From Podarcis cretensis (Eukaryota): DNA of 64,000 nucleotides. Where the stretch lies: contig OX638150.1 of assembly GCA_951804945.1 (NCBI GenBank), positions 44,020,001-44,084,000 of the forward strand. Reading direction: 5' to 3'. Under the pieces are notes generated by a model. That model ran no database searches, was not told the origin of the DNA, and saw nothing but the letters and a program-made list of their open reading frames with translations. Position numbers and translations under genes: made by a program. Positions 1 to 13,500 of the stretch are shown here, piece after piece. Each line of letters begins with the position of its first letter. Within the stretch, counting starts at the first letter, position 1.

Positions 1-136
1 CCCAGTGGCCCTGCTGTCCTGGCCAGAGACAGAATGGGATTCTCTTCTGTTTTCTGGTCCTTGTATTACATGATCTCTGCCGAGATTGAAATTGGAATGT
101 GGTTGTTTCATATCCTGGTGGTGTGGGAAGTAATTA

Positions 137-660
137 CCGTATTTTTCGCTCTATAACACGCACCTGACCATAACACGCACATAGTTTTTAGAGGAGGAAA
201 ACAAGAAAAAAAAATTCTGAATGAAACAGTGGATGTATCATTTTTGAGCTTCATGCTGTGGCCACAGACATGTGATTTGATGGTGAGTTTGGGGTAGCCC
301 AATGCAAAAATCCTGAGAACCCATGTGGATCTGTGCTTTGTAACCACGTTTGTAACCACGTTTTTGCACCATTGTGGCCCTAGGGAACAGTGGGTGCGTG
401 ATTTTTTTGGTGCAGGCTGTAGCCATGGACATGCTATGTGATCTGATGGTGAATTTGGGGTGACCCAATGCAAAGATCCTGAGGATCCATGTGGATCCGT
501 GCTTTGTAACCACGTTTTAAGTGGGGAGGGAAGGAAAAACACAGAAGGGACAAGGAGCACGAGAGGGGTGTGCGGAAAAGCAGCTGGCTAACAATGCAGG
601 AGAGGGGTTTAACGGGAGGGAGGAAAGGAAGGCAAAAGTCTGCAAACTCCTTAACTTTGA
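137..660. mobile_element. Tc1/mariner-like non-autonomous element (TA|CCGTATTTTTCG terminus) with a diverged internal direct repeat (~269-351 vs ~437-517); right end not identified
   Basis: TA followed by a CCGTA-type terminal sequence; visible internal repeats. Confidence 0.45.
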
Positions 661-1444
661 CCACATGGGGAGAGTCATTGAACTAACCCCCCCACCCAGT
701 TGAACAACCATTTCTGATCTAGGCTTTCTAAATATTTATTCAATGTACTTCTGTTTAGTTCATATTCTGTCTTTCTGAAATCTTGTATGCTTACTTTTCA
801 CACATTTGTGTGAGGGAGATAGTGTTCATGAATGCCTAATAATGTACCCCATTAACTTTAAGAATGTTTACAAAATATTTCACAAGAGTGACAAGAGTCA
901 TGGTCCTTTCCTAATTAAGAAGCATTTCTTCAGTAAGAATAGATGCTACCTTCTTATATGGTATAGTGGAACTAGAACCAAGGTCTGTATCCTTCCTACT
1001 TTGTCGGATGATCCATAGCTATCTAACAGAGAAAATCTAATTTACCAGATCGTAGAGGTAGAGGAGGTTTTGTATTCATTTAAAAAGGACAAGACATACA
1101 CTTGGTTTCTCTAGTGGAATGAGACAAGGGTAGTGTAGGTGAGAGATTAAAAGGAGAAACAAAAGTTCAAATATGCTTTATGGAGAATCCAGATGCACCT
1201 CCAGGATTTTTGTTTTACACACTAGCCTCAAACTTAAGTGTAATGTGAGTCTTTCAGTATGCTTTATGCAGAATAAAAAGTTTTTATTGAAGGTGACTTT
1301 TCTGTTTTGTTCTGGGTAGTCCACAAAGGCAACAAAAAGCTATTATGTACTTGATGTTTTTTGCCGTACTCTCAAGCTTCTGATATAAAACTCCTGAATT
1401 CTACACTGCACTTTGATTCACATTTCAGGCTATCACATCTCATT

Positions 1445-2102
1445 TTGCATGTGGGTAACCTTTTAGAGAATGAAATTTGAGAATGACTTATGTGGCCATG
1501 TCTTCATAATTGCAGGCTTTTTGTAAGAAGCTGTTAATAGTAGTTTCTTGTAGAATATGTGTGACTTCTGGTTTGTGCTGTTGGGTGCTTATATGCCAGA
1601 TGTAAATGAACATGATGAAAATGGAGTGTTCGAAAGTTGCCTTGCTGAAATTAACTCTTTTAAAGCAGATCATGTTAATCCATTTTAACTTAATAATGAC
1701 AATTTAAGACATCTTTTAAAATTATTAGCATGAGGCAAGTAGAATTTTGACAAGTTGCTACATTGGTATAGACTTGCATGTGGGTATCCTTTTAGAGAAT
1801 GAAATTTGAGAATGACTTATGTGGCCATGTCTTCATAATTGCAGGCTTTTTGTAAGAAGCTGTTAATAGTAGTTTCTTGTAGAATATGTGTGACTTCTGG
1901 TTTGTGCTGTTGGGTGCTTATATGCCAGATGTAAATGAACATGATGAAAATGGAGTGTTCGAAAGTTGCCTTGCTGAAATTAACTCTTTTAAAGCAGATC
2001 ATGTTAATCCATTTTAACTTAATAATGACAATTTAAGACATCTTTTAAAATTATTAGCATGAGGCAAGTAGAATTTTGACAAGTTGCTACATTGGTATAG
2101 AC
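1445..2102. repeat. Near-perfect tandem duplication, 2 x 329 bp
   Basis: Identical ORFs at 1488 and 1817 (offset 329); only one mismatch seen (ggtaacc vs ggtatcc). Confidence 0.97.
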
Positions 2103-2564
2103 TTCTCATACTTATAATTCTTGTAACAATGCTCTTGTGTAAAAACACTTTTCAGTGATAATGTGATCATAGCAACTCTATAAAGTTGTATGTACCACTT
2201 TTAAGAAAGGGGCTGTAGTTTAGAGAGATTTGCTTCCCAGTGTCTCTTAGTGAACCCATGACTAAAATGAGGGAGAACGTAAAATGATGAGACATGGCTT
2301 CTTGATTTATTTTATTAAGATGGTGAGGATCAGTTCTTGTTTATTCAGGCTCTTACTTGCAAAAACAGAGTGGAAATTGGGATTTCTTATACATTTACAA
2401 TTAATATTCACAATAAATGGTGGCTTGAACTGGTTTTGAAGAGTATAAAAGTCCAAGAGAATATATTTGGAAGTACACCTAGGTTTTTAATGTGAATGAT
2501 GCCATCATTGGTAGGTTATAAAATTGATTTCATTGTGACAGAAGTCCTACCAAGTAATCCTTAT

Positions 2565-3043
2565 GGCACAGTTTTTCAACCATTTTGGTCCATGGCTCCC
2601 TTGACCAACTACATTCTTTGTGTGATACCCCTGTGGGGCTCAGGAGCCCAGTTATGTCATCCCTTGCCTGCCGAGCCGGCAGCTCCCTTGTGGAGGGCTC
2701 CCTCAGCCTCCTCTCTTCTCCCCATGGGAGTCCTCTGGGCATCTGCAGCTGCTGCCCCTGGTCTCTGAGCTGCCTCCCCTGCCCCAAAGAGAGGTGCCTC
2801 CTCTCACTGTCCCACAGGGGCCTGGGAAGCACGCCCTGGTCAGCTCCAGACACACCATTCACCTGGGAGCTTGTAGCCAAGGCTGCTGCAACAAACAGCT
2901 GTGCAGACCTTGTGAGGCAGAGATGTGAGAAAGCATCAGATGAAGGGAGGGAAAGAGGGACAGAGGCCAGTATTGCCCATGGCACCCCTGAACATCATTC
3001 AAGGCACCCCAGGGTGCCATGGCACACTGATTGAAAACCACTG
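2565..3043. mobile_element. Degenerate hAT-like non-autonomous DNA transposon
   Basis: GC-rich block bounded by cagtttttcaacc ... ttgaaaaccactg inverted termini. Confidence 0.4.
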
Positions 3044-4562
3044 TCTTATGCCTCAGTCTTCAAGAAGCAACACCAGAGAGCTTTTCATTGTATGTATATG
3101 ATTTGATGTTATGAGCAGGTGTACTTTGTTTGCTGTTCATATTGCTTATAACATTATGTATATCAGTAAGCCAGTTAATGAACCTCCATGTGTTACCATG
3201 AACCAAAGCAAGGAGTTCATATCCTGTTTCAGATCTTGTTCCCTTTCAGGGCATGTAGTGGTGGTCCAACAGAATGAAAGAATAAATAAGGTGATGGTTC
3301 AGAGAGTGGTGGTTTTCCTTTGATAAGCTAGAGTATGGGTGGGGAGCCTAAGGCCCTACAGAGGTTGTTGGAATCCAGTTCCCATCACCCCTGACAATTG
3401 GCAGTGCTGTCTGGGTCTCATGGGAGTTGGAAGTCTATTAACTTCTGGAGGACTCCAGGTCCTTCATCCCTGAGGTAGAGGCTGTTAGCAGAAGATACTG
3501 TTTTTATCAGTTGTTTTTTAACTTTCAAAAGTTGTTTTTTAGCTTTCAAAAGCAGGAGCAATCATTTCTGCTTCTACTTCTTGGGGATCAACTAAAAACT
3601 TTGTGAATTTTTTTTTACCTTTTATTTTTTCTTAGAGAATGGGCATATTTTATAACAAAAAAGAAATTACGTGCATCAGTTGGCGTGGAAGTCTTTTAGA
3701 AAGCAATTTTCAAGGGGAAATGAAGAGAAGTTATTAGCATCTGAGCACTTGGGTAAAAACTAGAACGTTTTGATACCTTAAAGTAGAAAATATTTCATGA
3801 GTTGCAGGGGCATAAGGTTTTGAATAAGGTGAGATGTTGCTTATGAGAGGTCTGTTTAACATAAATAGAATCAAGGAGCATAATTTATGTTATCGTCATT
3901 AGATTATCCTAGTCACCTCTTATGGTTTAAAATGCTGTTAGTAAACGTCATTTTGAGAGTATAGCAAGATCATGGTCTTTAAAGTAAGTCTTTATACTGT
4001 GATCAGACCTTGGAACATCACAGATAAAAGGTTTCCTAGGCATCTAGGAATATGAAATATTTGAACGGCATTGGTGCCTAAAAGAAGTGGAGTTTGATGC
4101 ACATAATATAGTCAGCCAGGTGCAATCTTGGAACATAGACATTTGATGCTGACTTTGAAAAATTAGAGCTTTGCCCCTGGGTACTTTAAGTACATTTCAT
4201 GTATATCTATGATTGTGAAGCACTGAGCTAGATTGTTGATGACGCCATAGTGAATGGGTTTTGCTTTCTGGAAGGAAGGAAGGCCATTGACCAGAACACT
4301 GCTGTGCAAGGGAATTGTTGACTAGCAGAACAAGAACCATAGCTGTTTTTCATGTTAGAAGCGCTAGGGATGTGAAACCTGTGGAATTGATTCCTTACTG
4401 TTTGACGCATCACATTTTCACCTTGTCTGTCCCCTTTGTTGGTTTCTTGCCACCTCCACTCTTTATCCTGAAATTGATTTGAATATGAGTTATTTTCATT
4501 TTGATGATTTGATTGTTTCTGTTGTGATTTATCGTGTTTTTTTCTTCCTTTTCCCAATCCAG

Positions 4563-4610
4563 TTATTGTGATCACTCTAAGCCCTGCTCCCGCTCCATCC
4601 CAACGTGCAG
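4563..4610 (+). CDS. MAP2K7: MAP2K7 alternative exon 2 (48 nt, gamma isoforms), [15 protein letters not shown]
   Basis: Polypyrimidine tract plus AG at 4561-4562 and GTACC at 4611; symmetric phase 1-1; peptide matches the 16-aa MKK7-gamma insert. Confidence 0.95.
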
Positions 4611-7533
4611 GTACCAGAACTTTTTATCATCGCAGCTTGGATTTCTTGCATCATTTATTTAATGCTTCCTTCAACTGCATAGAATTGCCACTTGTCTGCT
4701 TCTCTTCCAAGTGTGTGTCTGACCCTGCTTCCTTCCCCACTTTCGTATTCTCCTTTGCTATTGATCTTGCCTTACTTGCCAAGACTGGCTAGGCAAAGCG
4801 GTATGTAAGGCCATGCATGAAAACATGTTTTGATTGTCCACAGCTGCAGTAGTTGCTTAGCACCTTCCTTTCCTGATGATGTCAAAGCACTTTCTGAAGA
4901 CAGGTAACCATTAAATTTTCACTCTGATATTTTCCACTTTCTATCTTCCACCTTCCACTTTAATGTGCCAGAGCCCTCAAGTGGCAAATGGCAGAAATTC
5001 ATATTGCCATACATTTCCTTAGATTTTCCTGAGTGGAAAGGCAATGTCGAAATGTCAACCTGCATACAGCAAAATTAAGCAGGCTCTGCTCTTTGTGATG
5101 TGCAATTGCCTCTGAGGTAGAACCCAGTAGCAGACTGTCAGTGCTGTTGCACACTAGTTTGCTTTAGGGCAGAAAGTCAAGACTGTTCTTTTAGTCAAGC
5201 GCAGCTGCTGTAGGGATTTTAAGATGGGAACAGAGTAGCCTTCCTTAGAGTTGAGCAGGGCTCAGATTTCTATGAAGCTCCTAGTAGTGTCTGTTGCATC
5301 CCACAACGGTGCCAGACTATGTTTCTGATATAATCTCAGGAGGGCATATATTTATATGTATTTGTTACCTTTGTATGCCTCTTTCCCCCAAAATAATTTT
5401 GATTACTATTAACAGGTTTTCCATGCAGATTCCTGTCTAGGTATCTATTGGTCCCAAATATGCTAAGCTTCAGAGATGGACCTAAATGAGCTATTTCAGA
5501 CAATTCACTGGGGCTTTTATTGCACATGTTTTGGAGATGTGTGCTGTAAATATATAATTGCTACCTAAATAAGCTGTAATTGGATAATATAAGGTCAGGT
5601 GAGAGAGAGCTTTATTTTATTGTTTTAAGAACATCCATTAAACAGTTAATAAAATTCAGTGAAGCACAGATCTAATGCCATAGCCTACATGATATGGGGT
5701 GGGAGTCTACAGCAGAAATAAAGCTAGTTTCTCATTTTTTAGTTGCTGCTGTTGCATGGTGCTGGAATCTTCCCTGCCTCATACAGAGAGCTGTCCTTGA
5801 TCTTCTGGATGTTAAAATTATGCTCTGGAAGTTAAAAGGATGCTGTACTGTTGATATTGCTGTAGCAATATCTCTTACTAAGATTAATGAATTAATTAGG
5901 TTCTGGGCATATTGGTGCTTATAGAATCATAGGATCAAAAACTGTAGAGTTGGAAAGGAGCCTGAGGGTTATCTCGTCCAACCCCTTGCAATGCAGGAAT
6001 CTCAACCAAAGCATCCATGGCAGATTGGACGAGTCCATGGTAGTACATGAAGAGGGTTGCACTGTAAATGTTAAAGTCACAGCCTTGGCATAGCTTATCA
6101 TGCCAAGTGTTTTCTTTAGTTTATGCAAATGGGTTTCTTCACCTTCTACCCTGAGCTACTTTAGCTGTGCATTGTGAAATAGCTACTGCATTGTTTTTCT
6201 ACCCTAGAGGCAGCAGTCTTTGAGTAGTACAGAGACCAGTCTGCCATTTTATCTAGTGGGTGCTTGCCTTACAGTGCTTTGAAGCCTTTCAGGATGGGAA
6301 TGTGTTTCATTAGATTACCTTCCAATGCTTTCCAGTCTTGCCTACCACTAGCTCTTACCTGTGCTTTTGTGCTATGCCACTTGTTCTTTGCAGCTGCCAT
6401 CCAGCAGAATTTCTTACCCTTCCATTTTCAAGTAGTTATTATTCTAACACTTTCTTCTGAAAGCAGCAAATTGGTAGTTTGTATGATTATTAGGTTTAAG
6501 CATGTGTTACTCTTGACTTGCCAGTTCATGGCAGCCATCTGAAGTGCACATGGTACAGGCAACTCATTGTTGACCAAGGTTAACTATGCAACCAGAGCAG
6601 CTTGCGAGCAAGGTGGGTTAGTTTCACTTGAGTCTGCACACCTGATCAGGTACTGCCACAAAATCCCATCTCAGCTCCAACTTTTTGGCTTCATTTTTTT
6701 CAATTATTTATTGGAAAACTTAATTTTAGTTAATTTCTCTTATATTTGAGTGAATGGGAAGATTCCAGCTTTAACTTTGAATTGTTTTTTTTCTATTGTG
6801 GCTGTATAGAAAATATAACCACTGTGCATTTTATTGCCTAGAAGTCTAATGGCAAAGAACAATCCCACAAACATTATTTTGTAAGCTGTCTATTGAATTG
6901 GCAGATGGAGAAACTTAGGTGACACTTGCAAATATATAGGATTGGCAACTACCTGTATAAAATACATTAGCTGTGTCTCAAAAAAACATGTTGCTACCTG
7001 AAATTCTACATGTGAGAGACCACTGGGACTTTAAAAGTAGACATGCCTAGGATTTTTCTGTAAATGGTACACTTCCATGTCTTCTTTCTGGGAAAATGTA
7101 GTCAAAGAGGAACATGGTAGCTTGCTGCTTGAATTCCAAAGGAATTCATGGATCATATTGCTGGATAGTGAGTGAGACATTTTGCAGTTTAAATGGTGCA
7201 ATGCTACTTTTCCTCTCTGGTACACTTCTCCAATGATTAATGGACTATTTGTTTTAAAATGGATATTCAGAATCTTTATTCTTTTCATTAAGGTAGAAAT
7301 GAGAAGGCATATAAGCTATATGCATTTTGGGATGCAGGCAACAATATAGGCTTGAGTTATTTCACTAAGTACTGCTGTACAACCACTTTCTAAGCCAGGG
7401 TTGGGGGATCTTGTTGGATTCTAATGAGCCCCAACCAGCATGGCCAGTGGTGAGGGATGGTAGGTGTTGTGGTCCAGGAACATCTGGAGAGCCATAAGTT
7501 CTGCATTCTGTTCTGTGGGACAGCATTCTGCAT

Positions 7534-7583
<50 letters not shown>

Positions 7584-10500
7584 TTTATTTATACTCCACC
7601 CATCTGGCTGAGTTTCCCAGCCATTTCATTTGGAATAGGTAGTAGAATGCTTGGTGTTAAAAATGACCAGGTTTTGGAGGATGGGGAGATTAGGAAGATA
7701 GAATGCAGCTGCTAGAATTAAAATAAAACCATTTTTGTGCTTTGTTATGGAAGGAAAGTTTCCAGACCACAAAGACGGAGGCCCACATTTCTCAGCTTGC
7801 AGTTTCTGCAACCTGAAACTGCTCTTATCCCTCTACAGATGATTCTGTGTCATGCTCTAGTTAGCTTTTTCATTCAAATGCTGTCTTGGCCTTTGTCTGC
7901 TTAGCTTGTCTTCTCAATCACAAGAGGCCTGAGTTATGAAAGGCCTATAGATTTTTGTCTTTGGGGGGGAAAGATAGAGAAGCACTTGCAGTCCAGCAGC
8001 AGAACGGCAGGTTGGAGGTAGACATTATTAAAATGGCCCTTCTAGGCAATATTGTTTTTAAAGTCTCCTTGTGTGAAAAGAAGCTTTGCCTCCCATTGTT
8101 ATGGAAGTCCTGCCTACTGTCCACATCACAACCATTGGAGAATAAACAATTTCAAATATCCCCAAATGAAAAAAAAAATCCATACAAATTGAGTAATGAT
8201 GACAAATTATGCCACTTGACTTTATTTGCATACATTATTTCACAGGGATGAACTCTAGATTGTATTTTTTAAAGAAAATTAAGCACAGAATTCAAGATTA
8301 CTTGCTTATATAGAGACCAGCTTGGCCTTATATAGCAAAAAATCACTCCTTCGCAGAAATGTAACAGACCAATGATGCTTCACTGTATTTGTGACTCTGC
8401 AATGCTACCACATGCTACCACATGAAGGTCTTTTTAGTCACTAGAAGTAAAAAAAAACAACCCTTGAGATAACATGCTTTCTTCCTTTTGTCACTTCCGT
8501 TGCCAGGCCTATTTTTCTTTGTAAATTTTTTTTTTTAAAAAAATACACATTCAAATAGAAAGCTAAAAGGAAGTGTTAAGTCTAGTCTTCATTCTCATTC
8601 CCTGTGTGGGTGGTTGGCGTTCCTTGAACCTCACTCATAATCATATCTGTAATTTGCCTGGCACAGGATTAATTCAGTATATGCCAGGAAGAAACAGGAT
8701 CTAAGTGATTGAGTTTTATCCATTTACTTAGAACCATTGAAATTGGTCACCTTAAGTTGGTCAAATCCATTAATTTCAGTGATATGACTAACATTGGATA
8801 TAAATCACTGTCTCTAAAGTACCTTCCATAAAAAGGCAGCCTATCTCCATGGCCCATGAAGAATGTATGTTCAGAAGAATGCCAGTTTGTCTGGATAGCT
8901 GAAATACATTTGTATGTGGCTTCATTTCATCATCTCTTGAGAGAAAGTGATCTTAGAAGTGACTACATGGTTTGTGAGCCTTGAACTTCCAGGGTGGTGA
9001 AAGTATTTGGTTTAACTTCAGATTTTGAACAAGTGCTAAACCTATGAATATTGACTGGGTTTTTAAAATTAAAGGCATGGGGACTGACACAGAGCATAAT
9101 TAAATATAACCAAATATTTTTGGAAATATGAAGATTTCACAGTTATCTTTCTAATACTTCTGAAGGTCAGATATATTTCCCCCACCTAACCCAGCAGGAT
9201 TGTGGCTTTAGAAATTTGATTTCCATTAGTTTCAATTTTTGATGGAAATCTCTTTGCTAAAATGCAGGACTTTTTATTTATTATTGCATAGATAGACATA
9301 TTTCACTGAGAACATATCAGTAATACTAACTTTGTAACTCATTCTCTAGAAGCATCAGGGACTTAATTTCCTAGTTTATGACAATTTAATTTTAACCCTT
9401 TATCACATGTGTGGTTATTTCATGCATTCTTAATCAGAATATTAAATCACATTAAATCCACCGCTTCCTGGTTTAAAGTAACTAGTGGCTCACAAGCAGA
9501 GACAAAATGGAGCTATTTGAACTGGCTTTAGGGGAATGCCTTAAAGCTGCAATGTGGGAAGTTTAAGCAAAAGAAAACATTATTATGCCATGAAACTCCA
9601 GGTGCCTTTCCTGAGCAGTCAGGTATATAAGCTCTATCAGCAGTCTCAGTTTAGAGGTGATTTGCAAGAATAATAATTTCCATGACTAAAAATAATAAGT
9701 TGGGAATTTGCCCTTAACACAAGAGATCTATTTTTCAAATACATCTGGTACAAGTTTCTATCACATTTAATATGATTGGTACATTGAGCCTGGTTTCAAC
9801 TCTGGTTAAATTGCTGGTTTAAAGAAAAGCCTTGTATGGGCATGCCAGCAGCTGGAACTAGGTTGTCCTTTTAGCTTGGCTATCACCATTACAGTAATTT
9901 AAGCTGATTTATGAAGCTTGCAAAATGTGCAAGTCTGCTCTGCCTGCACTTCTGCCTCCCTGTTCCTAGCCATTGTTGTTCAAAGTAGAGTTCATGTTGA
10001 ATTCCGTCAGTGCTGGTCTGAAATGGCCATGTAGGGTTATGCCCCATAGCTGGCAAACCACATCATCTGAAGTATCTGGTGAATACTCCAATGTCAGCAG
10101 CCTAACTAGTGTTTCTCTTTTCCTCTGCTTCCATTCTGTGTGCAGTACCTGCTTATGCCCATCAACTGAACCTTCCTGCTTTGCTCTGCTTCTGTTTTGG
10201 CTTTCTTCCATGTCCTGTTCTTCCCACTACAACCGTTTTCTTCCCCTTTAATGTAACCTTTTCCAGTGCTGTACTGGATTGATTGACCATTTCTGCAGCA
10301 TGATTTTCTCCTTTTGGCAGACAGAGGCTGACAGGTTTGCATGATCAAGCTGTAGTGTAGCATGCAGGCTTCTTCGATTGAGAGCTTGAGCGGGGAGCGT
10401 GTTATAAGAATGGATTTCTCCTTTACAGACTATTACTATATTTGGATGCAAGGGGGAGGTGTGCAGTGCAGTAGGGTGTGATGGGGAGAATAGCAGCTAG

Positions 10501-13500
10501 ATTTGCCATACAGTATTTTCACAAGCATTAACGTTTCTGGGTTGCTGAATTGGTATATTGATATCTAGGATTAAGAGAGTATACCCTTTATCCTGTTCGG
10601 TGCAGCATGATTGATAATCCTCTACCTTCTTCATGCCCATCAGCTTCCAGGCAGAATTCTCTGCTGCTCTCCAGAGGGCCCCATCCAATGGGACCATGCT
10701 AGTCTGGGCAGTTCAGTTGAAACTTTGGTTCATATGCTTACCTTTCAAACTGCACATCAAAGAAAGCACGTGCTTAATCCAAGAAGATTAAGCCCTTTTC
10801 TGTTTGCAGAAGCATCCTGACTGTCCATTAAAGATGGCGAAACCAGAGGGAAGCTGGTGTCCTTTCATGATAGCTGCCTCTCTTTCTCTTTACTTCAACA
10901 AACGTGATTCTGCTACTGGTTCTGAAAACACTTTATTATGTTATATAGAAGGGTATAAGAAGAAGTTCAAGACTTCAGTAATGTGGAACCTGCAGATCTC
11001 AGAGATAAACAAATCCCAAGTTACAGTTGAATTGGGGGGGGGGAGTGGAAGCTGCCACTTCTGTCTGTCTTATGACATATGAACAAACCCCCAGATTAAT
11101 ATATGCTACTCCTCTTGCTTCAGTCAGGAGAGGCATATCACATAGTTCAGACCCACTAACAGGGGCCAAGCAAGCACAGTTGCATTGTGCTAGATATGGC
11201 ACATATGATTCAGATATAAGTCAGCCTGGTACAAAAACTCGTATCAGCCTAGATAATTGTGTGTGTGTCAAGGCAGCTGAAATGCAGTTTTTTGGCAAAC
11301 CATATTCCCAAATAGAATTACTCACTGCCAAACTGGTTTAGTCCCATGAGACTGACTGTATAAGAACCATTATGTTCCTAAGGAGGCAGGAGAAAACAGC
11401 AATGAATTCTGTAGAGCAGGGGTACCCAACATGTTGCCCTCCATATGTTGCTGGACTTGAATTCCCATCTTATCTGACCATTAGCCAAGCCAGCTGGGCT
11501 GGTGGGAGTTTGAGTCAAACAGCATTTGGAGAGCACTGCGTTTGCTACCGCTGCTGTAGAGGCTTCTGGAACACATTTTTAAATGGCAAAACTGCTGCTT
11601 CTTTGCCAATAAACTTTGCAGTGTTTGTCCATCACAATACTCTTATTAAGGTATTATTTTCACTTTATAGGTTTCACTCCCTCCAGGGTTAAATTATACT
11701 GCTTCATTGGTCACTGGCTTGCTTTTGTTAATAGAGATTCTTAAGCAACTTTAATCTACTGCTTGCAGTTGGTATAGGCACAATCCTATCTGTGCTTGAC
11801 AAATCAAAGTGTTCCCAATAGTAGGAAGCCCCAAACCACTTCTATAAAAGCATGCAGTAGAGAACCATTGGAGAGGTAAGACTGAAAAAAAACAAAAACC
11901 AAGTGAAGCCAGAAGAAAACTTTTGAGATTGTAGCTCTTATGACATTTGTAAATGTCTGCTCAGTGTGGGACTTGGTGAAATGATGATTTTCTATCCAGA
12001 AAAATCTTTGAAAATTATCATTTGCTTATAACTGCAGTCATTTTTGTTGTAGACATAATCCTGACTCACCCTTTTGGTATTTTGGCCCCTTTCAGAACCC
12101 TTGCTCTTTCAGAACCCTAAGGTACTCATAAAAAATGTTGTAGTAAAAGAAACAGATACAAAATGTAATTCTAAATCAAAAAATTGTCCCTGATTCTTTA
12201 ACTTATAAACAGAATATTGCCCGAAACTATCTACAGAAATGGTGTACATATTTACATGGCAGTCAAAAGTGTTTGACGGATTTGAACTGCGGAGGCTTAA
12301 AATACTATAGTGATAAGCACCTATGTCCAACCCAGAGTCCATTTATTTGAGAAGGTCTGTTCTGAGCATGACTAATGTTGAATATCAGCATATGTTCCAA
12401 GAAAACTTTGAAATGACATGGATCCTACCAGATGGGTTTTTAATGAGCTTAAGACCAATCTCTGTTCATTTTTGTAGTGTTGATTTTCAAAATGGATGCG
12501 CTGTCGTCTCAATGCGGAATTCTGTTAACTTCACTAATTGCTGTAGCACTTTGCTTATGAAGTCACTTGCAAAGTAATATACCCTTTATTTAACCTATGC
12601 ACACTGGTGTGGGAAGAAAAGCCAAATTATAAAAAGAATGAAAAAGCCAGTTAAAGGAATAAACTCATGATGAGTTTTTTTATTCTTTACATTGTTTCTG
12701 AGGAAACTTTTCCATAGCTCTCAGGGCAAACCAAAGATATGTTATGGTGCTGAAAAAGGTTTTTTGAAATGCTATGTGTGGCTCCTTTAAATCTAAAGCC
12801 TATGCCATTGAAAACTTTATGAAAAATTGTTGCCAAACCTGAGCTTTAATACAACATAGCTGTTCCATGAGCAAGACTGCAGTGTTTCTGAAAACTATGA
12901 GAGACCAGGAAAGAATATCACATTAAATAATGGTTTCTTAAATTAATGTAATTCAATAGTGTTTGAGACTTCATCAGAGTTGAATCACCCATTTTTGCAG
13001 CAATAACATTTCTACCTCTTTTAAATAGTTTTTATCCCCTAAAATAAGCAAATAGGTTAATGCCTTTCATACCTGCCAGGTGGAGACAACCTGGAGAACA
13101 GATGTTTGTATGATGACACTTACATTTCTACCATTGATCTGCCAGACTTGATCTGCTATTTGTGAAAACTAGGCCTCAGCTAGTTAGCTGCTTCTAAGAC
13201 TTAGCTAGTTAGGACCCACCTATATACCCCAGTCCTTGGATGGAAATTGAAGCACCATTAGATTATTTTGCTCCTTTGCCCACAGAACCAGTCCTACCAA
13301 CACATCCTCCAAACTTCTCATTAGAAATTTGTTTTACTGTCGCAACAGAAAACCTTAATAAAACCCATACTATTTCCTCTATGTTGTATTTATTGCATAC
13401 ATTGTAATTAATGCTTTAATCTGTGCCTTTCTGGTAATTGAATAAGTTTAGAGAAATTCAAGGTAGCGCTGAGCTCTATCGGTGCAAGCAGTTCCGCTTG

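Noticed and set aside
108-711. Overlapping ORFs with repeated peptides; CRISPR-like array
   Set aside because: They derive from internal direct repeats of a transposon-like element; there is no repeat-spacer regularity and the context is eukaryotic.
7464-7715. ORF with a poly-Asn tract
   Set aside because: It is simply a translation of the (AAT)n microsatellite of a LINE tail.
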